DNA of 64,000 bases from Macrostomum hystrix (GCA_950097015.1 CATNEN010000038.1:23188001-23252000), one strand, 5' to 3'; shown: positions 51,601-64,000, counted from the first letter of the stretch. The notes: a model not told the origin generated them from the letters alone. Numbers and translations are program-made.

Positions 51601-52622
51601 TGAGTCAATTGAGTTTCTGAGTCTGCTCATTTTTACATTAGAATTAGGACATTAGACACAGAAGAGCAGACGTACGACAGAATACAACAGAGGGTAGACA
51701 GGGGGCAGTAGTCGGGGAGAAGAGAAGACAGGCGAGAGAAGACAGGGGAGAGAAGACAGGGGAGAGAAGACATGGGTGAGAAGACGGGGAGAGAAGACAG
51801 GGGTGAGAAGATAGGGGAGAGAAGACAGGGGTGAGAAGCTAGGGGAGAGAAGACAGGGGTGAGAAGATAGGGGAGAGAAGACAGGGGTGAGAAGATAGGG
51901 GAGAGAAGACAGGGGTGAGAAGACATGGGTGAGAAGACGGGGAGAGAAGACAGGGGTGAGAAGATAGGGGAGAGAAGACAGGGGTGAGAAGCTAGGGGAG
52001 AGAAGACAGGGGTGAGAAGATAGGGGAGAGAAGACAGGGGTGAGAAGATAGGGGAGAGAAGACAGGGGTGAGAAGCTAGGGGAGAGAAGACAGGGGTGAG
52101 AAGATAGGGGAGAGAAGACAGGGGTGAGAAGATAGGGGAGAGAAGACAGGGGTGAGAAGACATGGGTGAGAAGACGGGGAGAGAAGACAGGGGTGAGAAG
52201 ATAGGGGAGAGAAGACAGGGGTGAGAAGCTAGGGGAGAGAAGACAGGGGTGAGAAGATAGGGGAGAGAAGACAGGGGTGAGAAGATAGGGGAGAGAAGAC
52301 AGGCGAGAGAATACAGGGGATGGGAGAGAAGACAGGGGTGAGAAGACGGGGAGAGAAGACAGGCGAGAGAAGATAGGGAGGAGAAGACATGGGAGAGAAG
52401 ACATGGGAGAGAAGGTAGGATGTGATACTGATACTCCCTGTATCACCCCTGTGATGATCCTGATACTCCACTGTCTCAGGAGAGTAGACAGTTAAGAGAA
52501 GCTAGGGGAGTGAAGACAGGGAAGAGTAGACAGGTAAAGTATCAATCTTATCCCACGTTTGAATTTTTATTTTTCAGCCCTACAGTCTTCTGGCTCCGTA
52601 CGCCCTTCAAAAGCAGGGCTAG
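45653..52622 (+). CDS. CSPP1/CCDC66-like coiled-coil protein with repeated [FW]GRPGxGAP motifs, about 14 exons
   Basis: Approximate exons: 45653-45719, 46278-~46375, ~46582-46647, 46741-46855, 47326-47513 (YYPWGRPGHGAPL), 48179-48414 (LNRPGHGAPLRSQSGRLITQL), 48765-48837, 49206-49439 (YDPFGKPGAGAP), 49786-~50055 (YQPFGRPGAGAPIRDREGRIV), 50501-50562, 50643-50807, 51121-~51352 (MFGRPGAGAPV), 51471-~51599, 52578-52622. The motif resembles the CSPP1 repeat YxPWGKGGGGAPLRDxxGNLITDL. Confidence 0.7.
46910..47122 (+). mobile_element. SINE family A copy (internally deleted)
   Basis: Matches 23872-24165: GAAGGTCGG.GGTTCGATTC..GAC.CCACTGGAACAATTTGTGTCCTT...CTGCGGCTGTGCTGTCGGCTGCACATCTG. Confidence 0.8.
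47620..48148. repeat. Intronic 15-bp minisatellite (GGAGTGACAGGTRGT)n
   Basis: Visible tandem units. Confidence 0.9.
48410..48600 (+). mobile_element. SINE family B copy at an exon/intron junction
   Basis: GCCTCTCGCACC.AAGTCCCTGAGC.GATTCCGCGGCGAGGTC...GTACACACCTGT..GTGTGCTCAGGAGTC matches the reverse complement of 5850-6133. Confidence 0.7.
49580..49746. repeat. Intronic 16-bp minisatellite (CACCATTGAGATCCAG)n
   Basis: Visible tandem units. Confidence 0.93.
50118..50350. repeat. Intronic 20-bp minisatellite (GCTTCAGGAAGGTTAGCTGA)n
   Basis: Visible tandem units. Confidence 0.9.
50945..51080. repeat. Intronic 23-bp minisatellite (ACACAATGTCCAATCTTACATTC)n, directly following a SINE B head (50875-50945)
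   Basis: Visible tandem units. Confidence 0.88.
51715..52415. repeat. Intronic purine-rich minisatellite (GGGGAGAGAAGACA / GGGGTGAGAAGATA)
   Basis: Visible tandem units. Confidence 0.93.
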
Positions 52623-53349
52623 CTTTTCGATCAGGGCATAATTGACCTGTGAAAAGTGCAAAAATGTGATTTTTTATTTTATACTCTGCTTGATTGACTT
52701 TAATCTCTTTATTTTTCTCATCAGCTTAATAACTTATCTATTCATCATGCTGGCATGACATTCTTGTTGTGAATCGAATTTTTTTTCGCCTAATAAACTT
52801 AATTTAGTTTTATAATTAAAGACTTCCCTAATAAGTTTAGACAAGAATGAGTTCATTTTTAACTGATAACAAACAAAAATGATTTATCAGTTTTTTGTCT
52901 TAAGTCAAATTAATTCATTTTTGTTAGTTTTTGACGTTGCTATAATCAAATCAATTTGAATGAACAAATGCGATTATAATTAAGCAATATGTTTTCTGGA
53001 TTAAAGTGATCAAATTTTAGCTTCGATAAATTAGATAAGGCGGTGAGCTACTTCCATGATGTATATTAGCTTGACCTAGTATTTTTTGGTTCTTACATAA
53101 AAGCAGAATTACATTTCGTTTGTATTGCTTTTCGGTTTTAATGACAGAAATATACCGTTTTTTTATTTAAAACTGTTTTAAAGAAAATACTTATTCGGTC
53201 CTTTGCAACGAAATCGTTATTTGACTTTTTGCTGAATGGCAGTGGCGACATAAAATTTCAAACGTACAGAAGCAGAATAAAATAGCCAAGTAGCCACTTG
53301 GTTTCAATTCAACAATACTGTGCCATTCATGGTACTCATGAACTTTGTA

Positions 53350-54075
53350 AGTCTCATCTCACCCCTGTCTCATCTCTCCCCTGTCTTATCTCTCCCCTGT
53401 CTCATATCTCCCCTGTCTCATCTCTCTCCTGTCTCATCTCTCCCCTGTCTCATCTCTCCCATGTCTCATCTCTCCCCTGTCTCATCTCTCCCCTGTCTCA
53501 TCTCTCCCCTGTCTCATCTCTCCCCTGTCTCATCTCTCCCCTGTCTCATCTCTCCCCTGTCTCATCTCTCCCCTGTCTCATCTCTCCCCTGTCTCATCTC
53601 TCCCCTGTCTCATCTCTCCCCTGTCTCATATCTCCTCTGTCTCATATCACCCCTGTCTCATCTCTCCCCTGTCTCATCTCTCCCCTGTCTCATCTCTCCC
53701 CTGTCTCATCTCTCCCCTGTCTCATCTCTCCCCTGTCTCATCTCACCCCTGTCTCATATCTCCCCTGTCTCATCTCTCCCCTGTCTCATCTCTCCCCTGT
53801 CTCATCTCTCCCCTGTCTCATATCTCCCCTGTCTCATCTCTCCCCTGTCTCATCTCTCCCCTGTCTCATCTTTCCACTGTCTCATCTCTCCCCTGTCTCA
53901 TCTTTCCACTGTCTCATCTTTCCACTGTCTCATCTTTCTACTGTCTCATCTTTCCACTGTCTCATCTTTCCACTGTCTCATCTTTCCACTGTCTCATCTT
54001 TCCACTGTCTCATCTCTCCCCTGTCTGATCTCTCCCCTGTCTCATCTCTCTCCTGTCTCATGTCTCTCCTGTTTT
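53350..54075. repeat. Intergenic 16-bp minisatellite (CCCTGTCTCATCTCTC)n
   Basis: Visible array; inverse of the 19575-20640 family. Confidence 0.95.
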
Positions 54076-54726
54076 ATTTCTCTCGTGGCTCTCTGATCTC
54101 CAAACATTTAATTTCAGTGAAGAAAGTGAGACAATGGGATTAAATACCATACTAAACGCTTCCTTTTGTAACCAGTGAAAAAAACAATTTTGCAATTTTC
54201 TCAAGGGCACCAATATATAGGTAATGTAAAAGACATGTGATATTGGAATATAGCTCGTATCACACACATAACATGATAAGCTTCACGGTCTAAATAAATT
54301 ATTGTACTCGTACACATGGCTAATTTCGCACTGGCGGGTCCATGAGAAAAGAAAATATATAATTTTGGCTGGCAGAGCTATAACCGGTAAATTGTTCTTT
54401 ATAACGAGTCACAAAAAAGAGAGAAAGACGAGAAAGGAAAATGTGCAATTTCAACCAATCAAATCCTTCCTGCCTGTTATCACGCCAGAACTACCAAGTG
54501 TGCACACTCTGCAAACACTGCGAAAATTCTATTTATGGGCATTACGCACACTTTGGTACCTATTCTTAGAGTAAAAAACTGGTCTAACTTTGCTGAGCAT
54601 CCATTTTGTTTTTATATTAAACGAATAAATACTTATCTATATAGACAAAACAGCCCATTATTTTTCATTTATTTGCAACCAATTTAAACTGTATTTAGAC
54701 ACTCAATTTAAAGCACCGAATCAATA

Positions 54727-57700
54727 ATGGGCCGAAAGAAAATTCAAATTTCGAGAATTGAAGACGAAAGAAATAGACAGGTGAGTGACTCATTTACCAG
54801 AATACGCTAATATTTACTGGCGCTACCTTTCCTCAAATACACTGGCGCCTCATCTCAAATCTACTGGCGCCTCATCTCAAATCTACTGGCACCTCATCTC
54901 AAATCTACTGGCGCCTCATCTCAAATCTACTGGCGCCTCATCTCAAATCTACTGGCGCCTCATCTCAAATCTACTGGCGCCTCATCTCAAATCTACTGGC
55001 GCCTCATCTCAAATCTACTGGCACCTCATCTCAAATCTACTGGCACCTCATCTCAAATCTACTGGCGCCTCATCTCAAATCTACTGGCGCCTCATCTCAA
55101 ATCTACTGGCGCCTCATCTCAAATCTACTGGCGCCTCATCTCAAATCTACTGGCGCCTCATCTCAAATCTACTGGCACCTCATCTCAAATCTACTGGCGC
55201 CTCATCTCAAATCTACTGGCACCTCATCTCAAATCTACTGGCGCCTCATCTCAAATCCAATGGCGCCTCATCTCAAATCTACTGGCGCCTCATCTCAAAT
55301 CTACTGGCGCCTCATATCAAATCTACTGGCGCCTTATCTCAAATCTACTGGCGCCTCATCTCAAATCTACTGGCACCTCATCTCAAATCTACTGGCGCCT
55401 CATCTCAAATCTACTGGCGCCTCATCTCAAATCTACTGGCGCCTCATCTCAAATCTACTGGCGCCTCATCTCAAATCTACTGGCACCTCATCTCAAATCT
55501 ACTGGCGCCTCATCTCAAATCTACTGGCGCCTCATCTCAAATCTACTGGCGCCTCATCTCAAATCTACTGGCGCCTCATCTCAAATCTACTGGCGCCTCA
55601 TCTCAAATCTACTGGCACCTCATCTCAAATCTACTGGCGCCTCATCTCAAATCTACTGGCACCTCATCTCAAATCTACTGGCGCCTCATCTCAAATCTAC
55701 TGGCGCCTCATCTCAAATCTACTGGCGCCTCATCTCAAATCTACTGGCGCCTCATCTCAAATCTACTGGCGCCTCATCTCAAATCTACTGGCGCCTCATC
55801 TCAAATCTACTGGCGCCTCATCTCAAATCTACTGGCGCCTCATCTCAAATCTACTGGCGCCTCATCTCAAATCTACTGGCGCCTCATCTCAAATCTACTG
55901 GCACCTCATCTCAAATCTACTGGCACCTCATCTCAAATCTACTGGCGCCTCATCTCAAATCTACTGGCGCCTCATCTCAAATCTACTGGCGCTTCATCTC
56001 AAATCTACTGGCGCCTCATCTCAAATCTACTGGCGCCTCATCTCAAATCTACTGGCGCCTCATCTCAAATCTACTGGCGCCTCATCTCAAATCTACTGGC
56101 GCCTCATCTCAAATCTACTGGCGCCTCATCTCAAATCTACTGGCGCCTCATCTCAAATCTACTGGCGCCTCATCTCAAATCTACTGGCGCCTCATCTCAA
56201 ATCTACTGGCGCCTCATCTCAAATCTACTGGCGCCTCATCTCAAATCTACTGGCGCCTCATCTCAAATCTACTGGCGCCTCATCTCAAATCTACTGGCGC
56301 CTCATCTCAAATCTACTGGCGCCTCATCTCAAATCTACTGGCGCCTCATCTCAAATCTACTGGCACCTCATCTCAAATCTACTGGCACCTCATCTCAAAT
56401 CTACTGGCGCCTCATCTCAAATCTACTGGCGCCTCATCTCAAATCTACTGGCACCTCATCTCAAATCTACTGGCACCTCATCTCAAATCTACTGGCACCT
56501 CATCTCAAATCTACTGGCACCTCATCTCAAATCTACTGGCGCCTCATCTCAAATCTACTGGCGCCTCATCTCAAATCTACTGGCACCTCATCTCAAATCT
56601 ACTGGCGCCTCATCTCAAATCTAATGGCGCCTCATCTCAAATCTACTGGCGCCTCATCTCAAATCTACTGGCGCCTCATCTCAAATCTACTGGCGCCTCA
56701 TCTCAAATCTACTGGCGCCTCATCTCAAATCTACTGGCGCCTCATCTCAAATCTACTGGCGCCTCATCTCAAATCTACTGGCACCTCATATCAAATCTAC
56801 TGGCGCCTCATATCAAATCTACTGGCGCCTCATCTCAAATCTACTGGCACCTCATCTCAAATCATCTCAAATCTACTGGCACCTCATCTCAAATCTACTG
56901 GCGCCTCATCTCAAATCTACTGGCGCCTCATCTCAAATCTACTGGCGCCTCATCTCAAATCTACTGGCGCCTCATCTCAAATCTACTGGCACCTCATCTC
57001 AAATCATCTCAAATCTACTGGCGCCTCATCTCAAATCTACTGGCACCTCATCTCAAATCTACTGGCACCTCATCTCAAATCATCTCAAATCTACTGGCAC
57101 CTCATCTCAAATCTACTGGCACCTCATCTCAAATCATCTCAAATCTACTGGCGCCTCATCTCAAATCATCTCAAATCTACTGGCGCCTCATCTCAAATCA
57201 TCTCAAATCTACTGGCGCCTTATCTCAAATCTACTGGCGCCTTATCTCAAATCTACTGGCGCCTCATCTCAAATCTACTGGCGCCTCATCTCAAATCATC
57301 TCAAATCTACTGGCGCCTCATCTCAAATCATCTCAAATCTAATGGCGCCTCATCTCAAATCTACTGGCGCCTCATCTCAAATCTACTGGCGCCTCATCTC
57401 AAATCTACTGGCGCCTCATCTCAAATCTACTGGCGCCTCATCTCAAATCTACTGGCGCCTCATCTCAAATCTACTGGCGCCTCATCTCAAATCTACTGGC
57501 ACCTCATCTCAAATCTACTGGCGCCTCATCTCAAATCTACTGGCGCCTCATCTCAAATCTACTGGCGCCTCATCTCAAATCTACTGGCGCCTCATCTCAA
57601 ATCTAATGGCGCCTCATCTCAAATCTACTGGCGCCTCATCTCAAATCTACTGGCGCCTCATCTCAAATCTACTGGCGCCTCATCTCAAATCTACTGGCAC

Positions 57701-60700
57701 CTCATCTCAAATCATCTCAAATCTACTGGCGCCTCATCTCAAATCATCTCAAATCTACTGGCGCCTCATCTCAAATCATCTCAAATCTACTGGCGCCTTA
57801 TCTCAAATCTACTGGCGCCTCATCTCAAATCTACTGGCGCCTCATCTCAAATCTACTGGCGCCTCATCTCAAATCTACTGGCGCCTCATCTCAAATCTAC
57901 TGGCGCCTCATCTCAAATCTACTGGCGCCTCATCTCAAATCTACTGGCGCCTCATCTCAAATCTACTGGCACCTCATCTCAAATCTACTGGCGCCTCATC
58001 TCAAATCTACTGGCGCCTCATCTCAAATCTACTGGCGCCTCATCTCAAATCTACTGGCGCCTCATCTCAAATCTACTGGCGCCTCATCTCAAATCTACTG
58101 GCGCCTCATCTCAAGTCATCTCAAATCTACTGGCGCCTCATCTCAAATCATCTCAAATCTACTGGCGCCTCATCTCAAATCATCTCAAATCTACTGGCGC
58201 CTCATCTCAAATCTACTGGCGCCTCATCTCAAATCTACTGGCGCCTCATCTCAAATCATCTCAAATCTACTGGCGCCTCATCTCAAATCATCTCAAATCT
58301 ACTGGCGCCTCATCTCAAATCATCTCAAATCTACTGGCGCCTCATCTCAAATCATCTCAAATCTACTGGCATCTCCTCTTGAATCTACTGGCATCTCCCC
58401 ACCATCTCTCAAATCTACTGGCATCTCCCCACCAGCTCTCAAATCTACTGGCATCTCCCCACCATCTCTCAAATCTACTGGCATCTCCCCACCATCTCTC
58501 AAATCTACTGGCATCTCCCCACCATCTCTCAAATCTACTGGCATCTCCCCACCATCTCTCAAATCTACTGGCATCTCCCCACCATCTCTCAAATCTACTG
58601 GCATCTCCCCACCATCTCTCAAATCTACTGGCATCTCCCCACCATCTCTCAAATCTACTGGCATCTCCCCACCATCTCTCAAATCTACTGGCATCTCCCC
58701 CACCATCTCTCAAATCTACTGGCATCTCCCCACCATCTCTCAAATCTACTGGCATCTCCCCACCATCTATCAAATCTACTGGCATCTCCCCCACCATCTC
58801 TCAAATCTACTGGCATCTCCCCACCATCTCTCAAATCTACTGGCATCTCCCCACCATCTCTCCCCCCTTTCAAAAGGTGACATTCACAAAGCGGAAATTT
58901 GGTCTAATGAAAAAAGCCTACGAGTTGTCTGTTCTGTGTGACTGTGAGATCGCCTTGGTGGTGTTCAACAATAGCGACCGGCTGTTCCAGTACGCCAGCA
59001 CTGACATGGACCGGGTTCTGTTGAAGTACACCGACTTTAGTGAGCCCAACGAGAGCAGAACCAATAAGGACATTGCTGAGGTGCGTGATTCTCTTTTTTT
59101 AAACAAAATTCCCATTCTTGAAATCCCACTTCGCCTCGTAATAACATACTTCTCAATTCATTCTCATACACAACTCATCAACATGGATAGACAAGGCTTG
59201 GTGGCTTGTCGCGCAATTGACGTCCTTGAGGGCCAACCTCCAAGACACAGTGAGAGTGGACACTGTCTGACGATGAGAAAGTCGGGGCAGATGTACACAC
59301 CCCTGTGTAAATGCGTGCTCATTTAATTATAATTATCCTGTTTTACCCGCTGGAATTGAAACTAATATTTTAGTTAATAATAAATACTTCATTCTGGTGT
59401 AAACTTGTATAAGTAGGTGTTAATTGTTATAATTTCATTACCGGTGTAAAACTATTTCCTGTTAGATATTCGTGTCGGTTCATCGCAGCCACTCTGACAC
59501 TGGAAATGCCTGGAACTGCCGCATCCTGTTTGATTCGTAGCTGAATCATTTAACTGTCTAGATATTTATGACCAGTCCAATAATTTTTATCAGAAGGCGG
59601 ATCGCGATAAGATAACATCGTTTTGATACTTCCATGAGTAAAAGCCTTTTGCCGATAGATTTGGCTCAGAGACAAACAGTTGATTTGCGAAGGTCGGACT
59701 AGCAAATGAAAGCTGAATAATTTCTCTAAGTTGAAAAGCATTTTCTACCCGTTTAATAGCCAGCTGTGCTTAAGGAATTGAAACAATCGAAAACAGAAGG
59801 ACTTATCTGTTCAGTGTGTAGTTATCTGTTCAGTGTGTAGCTATTTGTTCAGTGTGTAGTTATCTGTTCAGTGTGTAGCTATTTGTTCAGTGTGTAGTTA
59901 TCTGTTCAGTGTGTAGCTATTTGTTCAGTGTGTAGTTATCTGTTCAGTGTGTAGTTATCTGTTCAGTGTGTAGTTATCTGTTCAGTGTGTTGTTACCTGT
60001 TCAGTGTGTTGTTTTCTGTTCAGTGTGTAGCTATCTGTTCAGTGTGTAGCTATCTGTTCAGTGTGTAGCTATCTGTTCAGTGTGTAGTTATCTGTTCAGT
60101 GTGTTGTTATCTGTTCAGTGTGTAGCTATCTGTTTAGTGTGTAGCTATCTGTTCAGTGTGTAGCTATCTGTTCAGTGTGTAGCTATCTGTTCAGTGTGTA
60201 GCTATCTGTTCAGTGTGTAGCTATCTGTTCAGTGTGTAGCTATCTGTTCAGTGTGTAGCTATCTGTTCAGTGTGTTGTTATCTGTTCAGTGTGTAGCTAT
60301 CTGTTCAGTGTGTAGCTATCTGTTCAGTGTGTAGTTATCTGTTCAGTGTGTTGTTATCTGTTCAGTGTGTAGCTATCTGTTTAGTGTGTAGCTATCTGTT
60401 CAGTGTGTAGCTATCTGTTCAGTGTGTAGCTATCTGTTCAGTGTGTAGCTATCTGTTCAGTGTGTAGCTATCTGTTCAGTGTGTAGCTATCTGTTCAGTG
60501 TGTAGCTATCTGTTCAGTGTGTTGTTATCTGTTCAGTGTGTAGCTATCTGTTCAGTGTTTAGTTATCTGTTCAGTGTGTAGCTATTTGTTCAGTGTGTAG
60601 TTATCTGTTCAGTGTGTAGTTATCTGTTCAGTGTGTAGTTATCTGTTCAGTGTGTTGTTACCTGTTCAGTGTGTTGTTTTCTGTTCAGTGTGTAGCTATC

Positions 60701-63458
60701 TGTTCAGTGTGTAGCTATCTGTTCAGTGTGTAGCTATCTGTTCAGTGTGTAGCTATCTGTTCAGTGTGTAGCTATCTGTTCAGTGTGTAGTTATCTGTTC
60801 AGTGTGTAGCTATCTGTTCAGTGTGTTGTTATCTGTTCAGTGTGTAGTTATCTGTTCAGTGTGTAGTTATCTGTTCAGTGTGTAGTTATCTGTTCAGTGT
60901 GTAGTTATCTGTTCAGTGTGTAGTTATCTGTTCAGTGTGTTGTTATCTGTTCAGTGTGTCGTTATCTGTTCAGTCTGTAGTTATCTGTTCAGTCTGTAGT
61001 TATCTGTTCAGTGTGTAGTTATCTGTTCAGTGTGTAGTTATCTGTTCAGTGTGTAGCTATCTGTTCAGTGTGTAGCTATCTGTTCAGTGTGTCGTTATCT
61101 GTTCAGTCTGTAGTTATCTGTTCAGTGTGTAGTTATCTGTTCAGTGTGTAGTTATCTGTTCAGTGTGTAGCTATCTGTTCAGTGTGTAGTTATCTGTTCA
61201 GTGTGTAGTTATCTGTTCAGTGTGTTGTTACCTGTTCAGTGTGTAGTTATCTGTTCAGTGTGTAGTTATCTGTTCAGTGTGTAGTTATCTGTTCAGTGTG
61301 TAGTTATCTGTTCAGTGTGTAGTTATCTGTTCAGTGTGTAGTTATCTGTTCAGTGTGTTGTTATCTGTTCAGTGTGTCGTTATCTGTTCAGTCTGTAGTT
61401 ATCTGTTCAGTCTGTAGTTATCTGTTCAGTGTGTAGTTATCTGTTCAGTGTGTAGTTATCTGTTCAGTGTGTAGCTATCTGTTCAGTGTGTAGCTATCTG
61501 TTCAGTGTGTCGTTATCTGTTCAGTCTGTAGTTATCTGTTCAGTGTGTAGTTATCTGTTCAGTGTGTAGTTATCTGTTCAGTGTGTAGCTATCTGTTCAG
61601 TGTGTAGTTATCTGTTCAGTGTGTAGTTATCTGTTCAGTGTGTTGTTACCTGTTCAGTGTGTAGTTATCTGTTCAGTGTGTTGTTACCTGTTCAGTGTGT
61701 TGTTACCTGTTCAGTGTGTTGTTTTCTGTTCAGTGTGTAGCTATCTGTTCAGTGTGTAGCTATCTGTTCAGTGTGTAGCTATCTGTTCAGTGTGTAGCTA
61801 TCTGTTCAGTGTGTAGTTATCTGTTCAGTGTGTAGCTATTTGTTCAGTGTGTTGTTATCTGTTCAGTGTGTAGCTATCTGTTCAGTGTGTAGCTATCTGT
61901 TCAGTGTGTAGCTATCTGTTCAGTGTGTAGCTATCTGTTCAGTGTGTAGCTATCTGTTCAGTGTGTAGCTATCTGTTCAGTGTGTAGTTATCTGTTCAGT
62001 GTGTTGTTACCTGTTCAGTGTGTTGTTTTCTGTTCAGTGTGTAGCTATCTGTTCAGTGTGTAGCTATCTGTTCAGTGTGTAGCTATCTGTTCAGTGTGTA
62101 GCTATCTGTTCAGTGTGTAGCTATCTGTTCAGTGTGTAGTTATCTGTTCAGTGTGTTGTTATCTGTTCAGTGTGTAGTTATCTGTTCAGTGTGTTGTTAT
62201 CTGTTCAGTGTGTAGCTATCTGTTCAGTGTGTAGCTATCTGTTCAGTGTGTAGTTATCTGTTCAGTGTGTAGTTATCTGTTCAGTGTGTAGTTATCTGTT
62301 CAGTGTGTTGTTATCTGTTCAGTGTGTCGTTATCTGTTCAGTCTGTAGTTATCTGTTCAGTGTGTAGTTATCTGTTCAGTGTGTAGTTATCTGTTCAGTG
62401 TGTTGTTATCTGTTCAGTGTGTAGCTATCTGTTCAGTGTGTCGTTATCTGTTCAGTCTGTAGTTATCTGTTCAGTGTGTAGTTATCTGTTCAGTGTGTAG
62501 TTATCTGTTCAGTGTGTAGTTATCTGTTCAGTGTGTAGCTATCTGTTCAGTGTGTAGTTATCTGTTCAGTGTGTAGTTATCTGTTCAGTGTGTAGTTATC
62601 TGTTCAGTGTGTTGTTACCTGTTCAGTGTGTTGTTTTCTGTTCAGTGTGTAGCTATCTGTTCAGTGTGTAGCTATCTGTTCAGTGTGTAGCTATCTGTTC
62701 AGTGTGTAGCTATCTGTTCAGTGTGTAGCTATCTGTTCAGTGTGTAGCTATCTGTTCAGTGTGTAGTTATCTGTTCAGTGTGTAGCTATCTGTTCAGTGT
62801 GTAGCTATCTGTTCAGTGTGTAGCTATCTGTTCAGTGTGTAGCTATCTGTTCAGTGTGTAGCTATCTGTTCAGTGTGTAGCTATCTGTTCAGTGTGTAGC
62901 TATCTGTTCAGTGTGTAGCTATCTGTACAGTGTGTAGTTATCTGTTCAGTGTGTAGCTATCTGTTCAGTGTGTTGTTATCTGTTCAGTGTGTAGTTATCT
63001 GTTCAGTCTGTAGTTATCTGTTCAGTGTGTAGTTATCTGTTCAGTGTGTAGTTATCTGTTCAGTGTGTTGTTATCTGTTCAGTGTGTAGCTATCTGTTCA
63101 GTGTGTCGTTATCTGTTCAGTCTGTAGTTATCTGTTCAGTGTGTAGTTATCTGTTCAGTGTGTAGCTATCTGTTCAGTGTGTTGTTATCTGTTCAGTGTG
63201 TAGCTATCTGTTCAGTGTGTAGCTATCTGTTCAGTGTGTAGTTATCTCATTTTATAATCAATATTCACCCACAAACCCTTCATGATTGACTAGAAAATTA
63301 GCTTTTGTCGATGTAAACTTAATATAAATTATTTAAGTACTTTTCAAACTTTCTTTCAGATGATCAGCAAAAATGATTCTAAAAAGGATACTGATCCGGA
63401 TGAAGAGCAGGGAAGTTTGGCTTCATACTCCGAGGTTGAGTATCCCACAGTGTGTGTT

Positions 63459-63524
<66 letters not shown>

Positions 63525-63638
63525 CAGGCTTGCAGTGCAGCAAGCTACACACTCAATGCTGGACAACTAACTTATCACCATCTCACAACGCCTATTTGGT
63601 CTGAGTATTCTGACGACATTAAGGGCAATCCTAATTAT

Positions 63639-63670
<32 letters not shown>

Positions 63671-63803
63671 GCTGCAGCAGCAGCAGCAGGGGTCACAATT
63701 TCAAATCTTTGCCGGAGGTGCAACAGCTCAGCCGATGTCTTATCAAACAGACAGCCGCGATGAGGTTGGCAAAGTGACCACAAAGCGTCAAAGGTTGAAT
63801 TGA
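54727..63803 (+). CDS. MEF2: Myocyte enhancer factor 2 (MADS-box/MEF2) transcription factor; exons 54727-54780, 58877-59080, 63360-63803 (233 aa if exon 3 is terminal)
   Basis: [18 protein letters not shown] | [68 protein letters not shown] | MISKND... Two phase-0 introns lie at the positions known from MEF2 genes. Confidence 0.96.
54840..58860. repeat. ~4-kb intronic 22-bp minisatellite (CTCATCTCAAATCTACTGGCGC)n grading into a 30-bp variant
   Basis: Highly homogeneous array filling MEF2 intron 1. Confidence 0.98.
59183..59322 (+). mobile_element. SINE family B internal fragment
   Basis: CACAGTGAGAGTG.ACACTG.CTG.CGATGAGAAAGTC.GGGCAGA.GTACACAC matches the reverse complement of 5908-6030. Confidence 0.7.
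59803..63247. repeat. ~3.4-kb intronic 19-bp minisatellite (TATCTGTTCAGTGTGTAGY)n
   Basis: Homogeneous array in MEF2 intron 2. Confidence 0.98.
63459..63521 (+). repeat. Uninterrupted (CAG)21 polyglutamine tract in MEF2 exon 3
   Basis: Direct count. Confidence 0.93.
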
Positions 63804-64000
63804 TTTGCCTAATCCTTTCTGAGAAATCAGTCTGAAAAAGAATATATTTTTAGTAACTAAAGCGGGGAATCCGTCTAACACTTTTTGTGATCACGTGACA
63901 GACGCCAGCCAATAATATTTCGAAGGTTGCTACAGAACTTTGACTAGTTTTCAAACGTTTTGTATTTTTAATTAAAGTTGTCCTTGAGATTATCGCGAAC

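Noticed and set aside
59262-59290. Hammerhead-like CTGACGA...GAAA
   Set aside because: No room for stem II, and the other SINE copy reads CTGGCGA, breaking the core.
54785-59326. 1513-aa ORF apparently fusing a repeat protein to MEF2
   Set aside because: It is the stop-free 22-bp intronic array read into exon 2. It is out of frame with true exon 1, whose read-through stops within 10 codons.

Overview
Eukaryotic (metazoan) genomic DNA with compact genes, GT-AG introns and a minisatellite array in most larger introns. This style resembles the flatworm Macrostomum, which is my inference only. Six protein-coding genes can be reconstructed by splicing, plus one candidate small gene: (1) a ~23-exon secreted modular serine protease of Tequila/GRAAL type (SRCR, C-type lectin, kringle, LDLa, PAN, trypsin; + 1159-15799); (2) a 2-exon, 867-aa ankyrin-repeat plus Mab-21/cGAS-like nucleotidyltransferase fusion with apparently intact catalytic acidic residues (- 19001-16324), the most interesting locus here; (3) a GAS2-like CH+GAR protein with a degenerate GAR domain; (4) a Girdin/Daple (CCDC88) Hook-domain coiled-coil protein; (5) a CSPP1/CCDC66-like protein with five [FW]GRPGxGAP-type motifs; (6) a short polyQ-rich MEF2; and a candidate 86-aa single-pass membrane protein. 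The non-coding DNA carries two tRNA-headed SINE families, palindromic MITE-like elements, a perfect 43-bp hairpin and a GC-rich structured insert inside a (TAAG)n tract with an RTE-like peptide remnant. Most long ORFs in the supplied track are minisatellite artefacts. Exon boundaries were read by eye and may be off by a few nt.
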